Below are positions 39,370-50,850 of a stretch of DNA of 64,000 bases, one piece after another. Numbering within the stretch: position 1 is the stretch's first letter; every line of letters starts with the position of its first letter. The notes beneath the pieces were generated by a model, which ran no database searches, was not told the DNA's origin, and saw nothing but the letters and a program-made list of their open reading frames with translations. The position numbers were made by a program, and so were the translations under genes. Location of the stretch: the NCBI GenBank assembly GCA_964016885.1, contig OZ024742.1, positions 344,968,001 through 345,032,000 of the forward strand, read 5' to 3'. The stretch is from Eledone cirrhosa (taxonomy: Eukaryota).

Positions 39370-42300
39370 TTTCTTTTTTATGAATAACAATAACAAAGTA
39401 ACAATAAAAATACAACAAGAAAAATTCCCCAATAGGGGTTCGCTCAGGTACCCTACCAATCCTGAACGACCCGACGCTTCGAGAGCACCCTGGAAGGTAA
39501 CCTCTCTCCTCCTCAAATTTACCCACCTTCAGCCGCATGACCAGAGTAGGCCCACTCACACGGGCCATTCTCTCCACATTCACCCACCTTTCAACGAGCG
39601 AAGGATTTTTAGAAATTATCCATCGTCCCCGGCTCGAAAGTCCTCAGGAACAGACTGGTTAGTTCGACTTCGTCGACTCACAGAGCCCCTCCGAGTGCGT
39701 CGTCGCACTTGCCCACCAATAATCCTCTATAGAACTCGAGAGTAGAAGTTCCACTGACCGCATTGCCCGCCTGGTAGAGGGCAGTGAGTGCCTGGCAACA
39801 TTTTAGATGCCAGTCACCCAGTCTCGGTCTCTTCTTGACCCAGGACTGCAACTCAGTCAAAGAAATGAGCTGCGGAAAGGCCCGTCTGACAAACGGCGAC
39901 CACACCTGTTCACCGTTTAGGCAGACTATCTGGAGATGCGGCAGCCTCAGCCCGTGTCTGCGCATCATTAGCCACGGCATGCCCAGCCCTTCACGTATAG
40001 GGTGCTGTCAGCAAATGGACCACCTCACCAGCGGAACCTGAGCTCTCCACAAGAATTTGAAGAGGCGCCGCTCCAAGATGGCGAGGCGCGAACGGGGGCA
40101 AGGGACGACGGTTAGACGGTAGTAGATGACGGACGCGATGTACGCGTTCTCCCCCTCCGCCCGTCCTTTCAGTGATAGCTTCATCCCAGCCCATTTCTGG
40201 GTGAGACTGACTACCCTGCCCGTCACCTCGTCCCAATTCTTATCCACCTGGAGGTCCGGCCCGAACAAAACTCCGAGCAACTTTACTAGTCCGTCCGTCC
40301 AGCGCCTAACGACGCTGTTGGACAGCATGGACTTGCCTCTCCAGGTGCCGAGTTTCAAGCCCACCGACTTTTCCGGGTTAAGTTTTGCTTCCGTCAACCT
40401 TTCATATTCCTCCAATAAGTTGCCGACCACCTCGATTTCTGAGGTGTCCGACACCATCACGGTGATGTCGTCCGCATAAGCCGACACAGCCTTTCTCCGT
40501 TCCTTTTTCGAACGGCATGCCCTGCAACAGCTCCAGCTTCCGCAGTAAAGGCTCGAGAGTCAATACGTACAGAAGGAAGGAGAGAGGGCACCCTTGACGG
40601 ACCGATCGGGAGACCTGAAACGGTTCCTGAATCGGTTCCGAGAGGTGGCCACTAATTTTGACCACCGAGAAGGTGCCGCTGTGCATTGCAGCGTTCCAGC
40701 TTCTGAAGACGAGGCCGAAGCCAGCCGCCTTGAGGACAGCCTCCAGGTACCGATGGTCGACCCTATCTAATGCTTTTGATAGATCTAAATTGATCAGAGA
40801 ACCACCGAAGCCAGGTTTACACTGTACCCTCTCTATGATGTATCGCATTAGGTGGAGGTTGTCGTGTATGGACCTGGTTGGGATTGCGCAAGTTTGCGCC
40901 TCCACACCCAAATCCCCGACGACAAGCGCCAACCTCTTCGCTAACACATTGGCCAAAATCTTAAACTCTGTGTTGAGCAGAGTTAGGGCCTGAAATTGTC
41001 TGTGTCCCTCTTGTTCTCGGCTTTCCTTGTCAGCGTCACTACGCCCCGGCTCACAGAACTAGGAATACTCTCGTTTTGCTGCCAGTTGCAGTAGAGGGCT
41101 TCGAGGAGATTGGAGAACAAGTCTGGCATATTTACGTAAAGCTCGTAGGGCAGACCATCCAGACCGGGTGACTTGCGCCTCATGCAGCCGACAAGGGCAT
41201 CCTGAATCTCGGCTGAAGTAATTGGCCTTTCGCAGCGGCCAGGGTCAGCCGTCGAAGGTTGTGGCAAGCCATCGAGGTAGGGACTGAATTCCGCCACCGT
41301 CTCTGACCCGCCACTTCGCCCGAAAACAACCGGGCAAAATGTTGGCGAAAGGCCTCACATATCCGCTTGGAATCGTTTAACTCTTATTTGTCTCGGTCCG
41401 TCAAAGACCGAATCGTGGTTTTATTACCACGCTGCGCCTCTGCCACGCGGGCCCATCAAACAGGTTTGGTTCCCTCGTTTCTCAGAGCACGCGCCTTAGC
41501 TCTGACAATGCAACCTTCGTGTTTCGCATTGAAGAAATGGTCTAATGACATTCTCGCCGCTAGCACGTCAGTTGCAATGCCACTACCAATAGCCTCGTCT
41601 AACTTATCTACCAACTCCCCCTCCTTTCTATTTTTCTCTAACGCTACTTCTTTGCTAAACTCTATCGACATTACTCTAATCTCTCTTTTGAGAGCCCCCC
41701 CCCCCCGCCATCTATTTTTGATGACTCCTCCTGTCAACTTTTTCTTAACTAAATTGCTGACCTGGTCCCTGTAAGCCTTACGTGCCAGAAATGACATTTT
41801 TAGCTTCCAGTAACCAGGTCCTAACCTACGCGTCTTATCTAGGTCGACCATACAGATCACAAACTTGTGATCTGAATAGGCGACCGTTTTAAAACGTGGA
41901 CAGCTTACACTATTTGTGTCAATTTTCCTAATGAATATCCTGTCTATATACGATTCTAGATGACCCTATGCGGTTAGTCCAGGGCCACACTGGCACATTA
42001 GGGATATCTAGTCGGTACCTGTCAGACATTTGGAACTGGCTGATCAGGTTCTTTAGGCTTTTGCACCCCCCGCTCCTATCGGATACTCCCACACAGTCCC
42101 AGCGTGCGTCTAAGATGCCGTTCCAGTCCCCGCTAACAGTAAAGGGCGAGACGTACCCAGAAAGGCTTCCAGGCGTCTAAAGAATTCCGGCCGTCCTGCC
42201 TCAGTAAGGGCATAGACGGCCACCAGTCTAAAGGCACCACCTTCGTTATTGTTCACGTCCAGGACCACCAACGTCCCGTCCGGGTCCCGGAAGATCGACC

Positions 42301-45033
42301 TTACCTCAAGATCCAGGCCTTTCCTGAACAGCACTGCCATCCCCCTCCCGTTCCCGGCCGGCTAACAGTTGCAAATATCTGATAGTCGTCGAAAATGGGG
42401 ACTAGTGCGCGCGTGTCGGAAATCCTGGTCACGCTGACGGCAATTACATCCAATTCTAGAGACGTGAGGTCGTTGAGCAGGTGACCCTGCTTCCAGGTCG
42501 ATCCCAGGCCTCGAACATTTAAACTTCCTACTCTTAATACGGCCATGTATTTGTTGGCAGGTTAAAAAGAGAGAGAGAGGAAAAGGTTTACTTACCTTCC
42601 GGGCTCTTGTGAAGGTCGGGTGGTTCGACCTCCATAGTTGGTGGGGGTTTCTTTTGGGAAACCCTTTAAAAGTCTTTGTATTGGTTTTACGTTCGGGGTT
42701 CCCACGTCCCGAGGAAAGCTGTCTCGTATTTCTTTGTATAAATCGAGCGACATTCGCACCAGAACCAAATCTTCCGGCACGCAAAATGTGCTCGATTTAA
42801 AAATGTCCCCCTCTTTTTGTATATTTTCACTTCGTGCTACGAGGGCCATCAGTTCCTTGATGGCCCTCCTGACGAGCACGAAGTTTTGTATGTTTTGTTG
42901 GTGTGATTTTATTTGTTTGCGTGGCTGTTGTGGTGATGGTTTTGGTGGTGTTGTTTCGGTTGTGTCTGTGTTTGTTGTGAGTGGGGTGTCTGTGGTTTCA
43001 GATGTTTGTGTGTATATTTGTTCTTGCGTCTGTTTAGGTTGTTTATGTTGGGGGATTCTGGTGATGGTGATGGTGTTGTTGATGTTGGTATTATTGGAGA
43101 GATGTTTGCGTGGTGTCTGCATTTTTTATTGTGGCTGAGTTTGTGTTTGCTGAGTTTTTTTTTTTTTTTGTGTTTCCTTTTTTAGTATTTTTGGGGATTT
43201 GGGTTTTCCCTCATCTTCACTACTGGTAGATGAGGGGTCTGTGTCTGATAGTGTGTCTGTGTGTGGGTGTTTATGTTTTTATTGATGTGTGTATTTTGGG
43301 GGGGAGGGGGAATTTGACAACATTCCTCGTTTCCCCCCTGGGTGGTCAATGTTGGTGGTGGTCTTTCTATTGGTGTTGTTGTTGGTGGTTTTGCCGGTGC
43401 TGGTGTTGTTTGTGGTCCTCGCCCCGGCGTCGGCAGCAGTGGAGTCTTTTGACCCTTTGCACCTTTCAGCAGTTGGGGGCAGAAGGCTCGCAAATGGGTT
43501 TTTTCCCCCACAAACAAAACAATGCGCCATTTTGCCCTCGGTCATAATATGAATGACCGTCCCAATCTGAAGGCGAATGTGGTCCGGGATTGTCTTCACA
43601 TTTTCGGGCCTTATCTTGAGAAGGATCTCCAGGTCAACCACGAACCAGTCCTCTCTAGCCGTTCTGGTCACTTCTATCGGGACGGTATCCGTACCCTCCA
43701 CAGTCACACATCCCAGAAGCCACCACATGTAAAGTCCTGGTGGGATTCTGAGAATCCGGAGACGGGCCGTTCTTTTTCCCACGTGGGAGGGGTACATTAT
43801 GACCTTGCTAGTTTTGCAAGGGGTCATAGCGTGTTTCATAGCGAGGGCTTCTGACTTGAATAGCACCGAAATGGTGCCGTACTGTCTGCCCCACGCTATG
43901 TATTTGGTGTCTTCTCTGATGCACCTCAGCGTGACTTCGACACCTGCTTGTGGGATTAAAGCTGCTCTTTTGGTTTGTGCTGAGATGCATCTATAATGCA
44001 CCGTTCTGCGCTCCACTGCCTCAATAGCTTCTACCGGGACAGTTAAGTTGGCCCAGGTTTGCTCTTGCTTGATGAGCTTCCATGCCTGGGTCAACTTTTT
44101 ATCTTTGTTTGAGAGGTCCATGTTGAAGCATGACCTCTTTTTTGCTGCTGCCGCAGCGAAAGTGTTTTTCTTCTTGTCCTTGGGGGGTGTTGTTGTTGTT
44201 TTCGTTGTTCTTGTTGGTGTTGTTGTTATCGCTGGTATCATTGTTGTCTTTGGTGCCACAATTGTTCTCGGTGCAGTTGGTATTTTTGCTGTTGGTGTTG
44301 TCGCTACTTGTTTTCATGTTAGTGGTGTTGATATTGTTGTTGCATATGTCATTTTTTCAGTTCTATGTACTTTCGTTGTCGCTGTTACTGTCATTTTTTT
44401 CAAAATTAGAGTTCTCAGTGTTGTTATCATTGCTGTCTTTGTTTACATTGTTGGTGGTGGTGTCTGTTGTATCAATTTCTGTTAATTTCGCCGTAGCGCT
44501 CCTCTCAACCTCCACGTCGTTGTCGCACGACCGCAGACATATCGCGGGGGCATATATCAGCCATGTTTTTTTTGTTTTTTTTCTCGATAATTTTTTAAAA
44601 TGTAAAAAAGTTCAAATATTTGCGGCAAGCCATCGAGGTAGGGACTGAAGCCCGCCACGGTCTCTGACTCGCCACTTCCCCCGAAAACAACCGGGCAAAA
44701 TGTTGGTGAAAGGCCTCACACAACCGCTTGGAATCGTTCAGCTCTTATTCGTCTCGGTCCGTCAAAGACCGAATCGTGGTTTTATTACCACGCTGCGCCT
44801 CTGCCACGCGGGCCCATCGAACAGCTATGGTTCCCTCGCGCCTTAGCTCTGACAATGCAACCTTCGTGTTTCGCATTGAAGAAATGGTCTAATGACATTC
44901 TTTCCCCTTCAAAGGGCAAAGTCCAAGCAAGAGCTTGTATGACTTACACAACAACAGAGAATTCAATAAACCAGTTTTGACAGGTAAATAAGTGAACTTA
45001 CGGGAGCGAGCAAAAAGACGTCCGTTCAGACTC

Positions 45034-45034
<1 letters not shown>
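39370..45034 (-). mobile_element. Tx1/L1-clade LINE, family B copy 2, near full length with A-rich tail; pseudogenised
   Basis: ORF1 ~44564-42592 (HCFVCG knuckle); ORF2 from MAVLRVGSLNVRG (42546); RQGCPLS and AYADD; deletion near 39598; 5' end abuts (TTA)n at 45035. Confidence 0.92.

Positions 45035-45085
<51 letters not shown>
45035..45085. repeat. (AAT)n microsatellite separating head-to-head LINE 5' ends
   Basis: Direct reading. Confidence 0.97.
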
Positions 45086-48000
45086 GGGAGAAGACGCACG
45101 TGGTGGATAGAAGGACGTGAAATCGCTCCCGTAAGTTTTGAATTTTTAACATATTTAAATCATTTGTGAAATAACAATTCTTAGTACAAATGTTACGTAA
45201 AGCATCCGGCTTGAGCCCCCAAAAAATTCGGAGACAAAATATATTGTTATAAGGCTCAAATATTCAACTTTGTATTGTACATTATATATTCAAAAAAAGA
45301 AAATGGCTATAAATGGAAGAAGAAGAACCCCCCCCCTCCTCTGTCTACACTATATAGAACAGCCAAACAACAACAATTTCACCAACACCAGAAACTAGAT
45401 ACACCACCTACCCCATGACCCCTCTGTGTACACTAAACACAACAGCCAGATAACGGCAATTTCACCACCACCACAACCAATCTCAACATAATAATGATAA
45501 TAATAATTACTATTATTATTGTCCCAAGTTTTAACAAAATGTTTAATTCCAACATTAAGGGAATTTATGTCAACACATGTACGCGACTAACCCCATAGAT
45601 TCACCGAACGGACATCAGCAACGACAACGCCATCACTACAGTCACCGCCGCCGCCGCCCATCCATCATTACTACCACTATCCCATCACCGCCGCCACCAC
45701 TCCATCATTGCTACCACCGCTACAACACCATCACTACAGTAATACGATCACATCACCACTACCACTGCCTCAGTATCGCTACCGCCGCTATTCTCTCCCA
45801 TTGCCTCCTGCTAGTTGCTGCTAGCACAGCACCGCCACCACATTATAGAATTCCTACTAAAAAAGAGGTAGGCATCAAAATATATAGATAGACTCAAAAG
45901 AAAAAACAAAAATCAAAACCAAAGCAGCACAGCAACAACAACAAAAAACAAACAGAGAAAGAACAAAAACAAAAAACGTAAAGAAAATAAGAATGAAGAG
46001 AGAAACAAACGGACGGACAGAGAAGGGAAGGGAAAAACTAAGTCAGACATTCGAACACTACATTACAATGAAACTTATGCTTATTCATTTTGGGTTTTTT
46101 TCTGCCTGTTTGTTTGTTTGTTTATTTGTGTTCGTCTACATCGTGATAATGCCACACAAGAGCCACGTGGAGCGACGCAACCACCGGAGACGGTGAATCC
46201 ACAGGTGGTTATGTAACCATAATTCGCCAATCCTCGATAAGAGTGTTTAAATGTCGAACCTAAACAGTTAGAATAACGGTGAAATGGAGACTAGAACGTC
46301 ATGTGACAGACTCTCACCCAACAGGTACCCCCTGGCTCAGCAGCAGGGACCTGGCTGTCAACCAAATACTGCTGGTCTTGGAGGAAGAGGAAGAAGGAAA
46401 GGGACCAGAACCAACTGGACGAAAGAATTGAATAGAACTGTTATGCAATGTTACCTGAAAAGTAACCCCAAGGAGAGGGCTATAGGAGACGGATGCATAA
46501 CATCTGGAACGAGATTGGTCTATTTAAATTAGATGAACAAAAATTGGCCGGGCAGGCTCGGGTAATAAGAACTAATGGGTGGATAAGCGAGCTGGAACTG
46601 GAGGAACTGAGCAGAGAGATTAGATTGGAGATGGAGGGTGGAGTATGCCAGGCAAACGAGCCAGTGGGAAATGAAGGTGAAGAGGTCGAGAGAACGGCGG
46701 AACCACCCAAAGCAGACAATGATCTGAATACTGAGATAAATAATACCTGGAACAGAGATACGGCCACTGAGGAGATGAATGCTGACGGGCTAGGACAAGA
46801 TTTGGTTGACATCCTAAATTTAGTGGTAGATGAATTGAACAATGATAATGGGAGACCTATGAACCTAAGATTTGTAGACAGGAAAAAGTTAAAAGAAACA
46901 ACAGCTAAGGTAAACAAAGTCATCCCATACCTTGAGGCGAGCAGCCTTCACCAGTGCAACAATATCCTCAAAGCAACAGCAAATACGGTGAGGAAACTAC
47001 TTGGTATAAAAGCGAGAGGAAACAACAGACAAGAAAGAGTAGAGCCTTGGTGGAAGAAACGACTGAGTGGTCAAATCAGGGAAATGAGAAATTACATTGG
47101 AAAACTTGAGTCCCTACTGAATGGGACACTAAAAAACATAGACACTAAAAATAGACTGGAAATAAAGTACAAAACTAGGAGGAAAAAGCTAAATATTATC
47201 ATAGAATAACTGAAGCAACGCATTGTAGCAAAGAGTGCAAAAATCAGGCGATACGAGAACAGAGTCAGTCAGTATAAACAGAACCGCATGTTCGACAACA
47301 ACCAGAAGATGCTGTTTGGACAGCTTGAGGGGAAAGAAAGAGGCAACGACTTGATCCCTGGGGCGGAGCAAACTAAAACATTCTGGAGAGGAATATGGGA
47401 GCAGGATGTTAGACACAATGCCCAGGCAGGGTGGATTGAGACAGTACAGAGGGAGATCGGTGAGCACGCACAACAACAAACTGATTTGAGTATCACAGTT
47501 GAAACTCTTAAGGGGCAGGCCAAAAAACTAACCAACTGGAAATCACCAGGCCCAGATGGTGTGCAGGGGTATTGGATTAAACATTTAACATACCTCCACC
47601 CGAAGCTGACGGCCATGTTCAATGACTGCATGGTGTCGGGTGAGGTGCCAGAGTGGTTGACAAAAGGTACCACAGTTCTGATAATGAAAGACCGAATCAA
47701 GGGTAATGATGTTACCAACTATAGACCTATCACATGTCTGTCCGTAATGTGGAAACTGTTGACGAGCATTGTGTCTGAGGAAATCTACCATCACCTCCAC
47801 ACAAACAACTTGTTACCGGACGAACAGAAAGGATGCCGAAAGAAGTCACGTGGTACAAAGGATCAGTTGCTTATTGATAAGATGGTAATGGGGAATTGCA
47901 GGAGGAGACACACTGATCTTGCCATGGGATGGATAGACTACAGAAAGGCATTTGACATGGTGCCTCATTCCTGGATCACCAAAAGCCTGGAGATCTTCAG

Positions 48001-49746
48001 GGTGGCAGATAACATCAGACAGTTGCTAGGCAGGAGTATGGGGTCCTGGGAGACAGAGTTGACATCAACTGGAGTATCCTTGGGAAGCGTGAAGATCAAG
48101 AGAGGTATCTTCCAGGGAGATAGCCTGCCCCCTCTGTTGTTTGTCCTTGCCCTGATGCCCTTGACCATTATGCTGCGAAAAGTGAGAGCAGGATACAAGT
48201 TGGGAAGGGGAGAGCTTACCATCAATCACCTCCTCTTCATGGACGATCTTAAGCTCTTCGGGAAAAGTGAGAAGGAGTTGGATGTGCTTGTTGACACTGT
48301 CCGTATTTTCAGCAATGATATATGTATGCAGTTTGGTATTGGTAAATGTGGAGTCATTGTGATGAAGAGGGGTAGGTTGAGCAGAAGTGACGGGATCCAG
48401 ATACCAACAGGTGAGATGATAAAGGAAATTGACTCTGAGGAAGGATACAAGTATTTGGGCGTTCTGGAGGCTGATAAAGAACAAAAAAAATGAAGGAATT
48501 GTTAAGAACTGAATACATTCGGAGAGTAAGGAGCGTATTGAAGTCACATCTGAACAGCAGAAATGCCATAAGCGCAGTAAATTCCCGAGCTGTGTCTATT
48601 ATTAGGTACAGTGCGGGAATTCTGAGATGAAATGTTGCTGAACAAAAAGAAATGGATAGGAAGACTAGGAAGCTATTGACTATCTACAACATGTTCCACA
48701 AGAGGAGTGATGTCGATAGACTCTACCTAAGGAGATCTGAGGGTGGAAGAGGTCTTATCAGCATAGAGGACTGTGTTCAGATGGAGAAAAACAACCTATA
48801 CAAATACGTGACCTATAGTAAGGAGCCAATGCTCAGAACTGTACTGAAGGAGGGGACAGTAGGCCAGGGGATGTCCAAGGAGGAAATAACATCAAGGAGG
48901 AAGAGCAGCCTTAAGGGAAAATCCCTTCATAGTACCTTCTTTGAGAAAACTGAATTTAGAGATCCACAGACATGGAACTGGTTGAGAAGAGGAGACCTCA
49001 AAAAGGCTACAGAAGGAATGCTAATGGCTGCGCAGGAGCAGGCCCTCAAAACGAAGTGGTTGAAGCACCATATCTACAAGGAGGAGGCTAGCCCACTGTG
49101 CAGGATCTGTGGAGAGAGAGAGGAGACTGTGGCTCACATTGTGTCCGAGTGTAAACACCTAGCCCAGACCCACTATAAGGGCTGGAGACACGATGTGATG
49201 GGCAGGGTGATCCACTGGCACCTATGCAAAGTAAACAATTTACCACATTCTGAGAAATGGTATGAGCATAGGCCAGAGGCGGTGATGGAGAACAATCAGG
49301 TGAAGGTGCTGTGGGATTTTAGGATACAGACGGACAAAAAACTGGAACACAATAGACCTGACCTGGTGGTTGTGGACAAAGAAAAAAGATCGTGTCTGAT
49401 TGTGGATGTGGCCTGCCCGTTCGACACGAGAGTGCAAGAGAAGGAGAGGGAGAAAATTAACCGATACCAGGACCTAAAGTGGGAGGTGAAAAAGATTTGG
49501 AACTGCCATGAAGTCAAAGTGATCCCGATTGTCATAGGCGCACTGGGGACTATCTCCAAAAGTTTCCAGGGATGGTTAAAGAAAATCGGCCCCTTCACGC
49601 TTTTTGGAACGCTTCAAAAGGCATGCTTGCTTGGAACAGCAAGAACCCTCCGATACGTCCTGAATATCTGAGGCTGCAGGTAGTGGCTTGATATTCAATC
49701 CAACGGACTTTCCAGTTAACCAACATCAATGACTGAGATTCAAGGA
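45086..49746 (+). mobile_element. R4/Dong-clade LINE copy 1: ~1.2 kb leader plus single ORF ~46284-49671 (RT, CCHC, RLE) with about 4 disablements; (AAT)n tail
   Basis: WTKELN..MQCY..RMH.IW..EQKLAGQ N-terminus; WKSPGPDG, YRPITCL, WIDYRKAFD, GIFQGDSL, LFMDDLK; CRIC..H..SEC; NRPDLVV..DVACP..EK..RY. Confidence 0.93.
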
Positions 49747-49794
49747 ATAACAACAATAATAATAATAATAATAATAATATTAATAATAATAATA

Positions 49795-50822
49795 TCTCTA
49801 CTTAAAGAGATCTGAAGGTGGAAGAGGTCTTATCAGCATAGAGGACTGTGTTCAGATGGAGAAAAACAACCTACACAAATACGTGACTGATAGTAAGGAG
49901 CCAATGCTCAGAATTGTACTGAAGGAGAGGACAATAGACCAGGGGATGTCCAAGGAGGAAATAACAGCAAGGAGAAAGAGCAGCCTTCATGAAAAATCCC
50001 TTCATAGTACCTTCTTTGAGAAAACTGAATTCAGAGATCCACAGACATGGAACTGCTTGAAAAGAGGTGACCTTAAAAAGGCTACAGAAGGAATGCTAAT
50101 GTCTGCGCAAGAGCAGGCCCTCAAAACATAGTGGTTGAAACACCATATTTACAAGGAGGAGGCTAGCCCACTGTGCAGGATCTGTGGAGAGAGAGAGGAG
50201 ACTGTAGCTCACATTGTATCCGAGTGTAAACACCTAGCCCAGACTCACTATAAGGGCTGGAGACATGATGTGATGGGCAGGGTGATCCACTGGCACCTGT
50301 GCAAAGTAAACAATTTACTACATTCTGAGAAGTGGTATGAGCATAAGCCAGAGTCGGTGATAGAAAACGATCAGGTGAAGGTGCTGTGGGATTTTAGGAT
50401 ACAGACGGACAAGAAACTGGAACACAATATACCTGACCTGGTGGTTTTGGACAAGGAAAAAAGATCGTGCCTGATTGTGGATGTGGCCTGCCCATTCGAC
50501 ACGAGAATGCAAGAGAAGGAGAGGGAGAAAATTAACCGATACCAGGACTTAAAGTGGGAGGTAAAAAGGATTTGGAACTGCCATGAAGTCAAAGTGATCC
50601 CGATTGTCATAGGCGCACTAGGTACTATCGCAAAAGGTTTCCAGGTATGGTTAAAGAAAATTGGTCCCTTCACGCTTTTTGGAACGCTTCAAAAGGCATG
50701 CTTGCTGGGAACAGCAAGAACGCTCCGATACGTCCTGAATATCTGAGGCTGCAGGTAGTGGCTTGATATTCATTTCAACAAACTTTCCAGTTAACTAACA
50801 TCAATGACTGAGACTCAAAGAA
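49795..50822 (+). mobile_element. R4/Dong-clade LINE copy 2, 5'-truncated, between (AAT)n tracts
   Basis: Highly similar to 48720-49746; ends LLGTARTLRYVLNI*. Confidence 0.95.
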
Positions 50823-50850
50823 CAATAATAATAATAATAATAATAATATT

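Noticed and set aside
31593-44648. Long antisense ORFs over Tx1 elements (e.g. 31593..32198, 34347..35030)
   Set aside because: Shadow frames of GC-rich or low-complexity LINE coding sequence.
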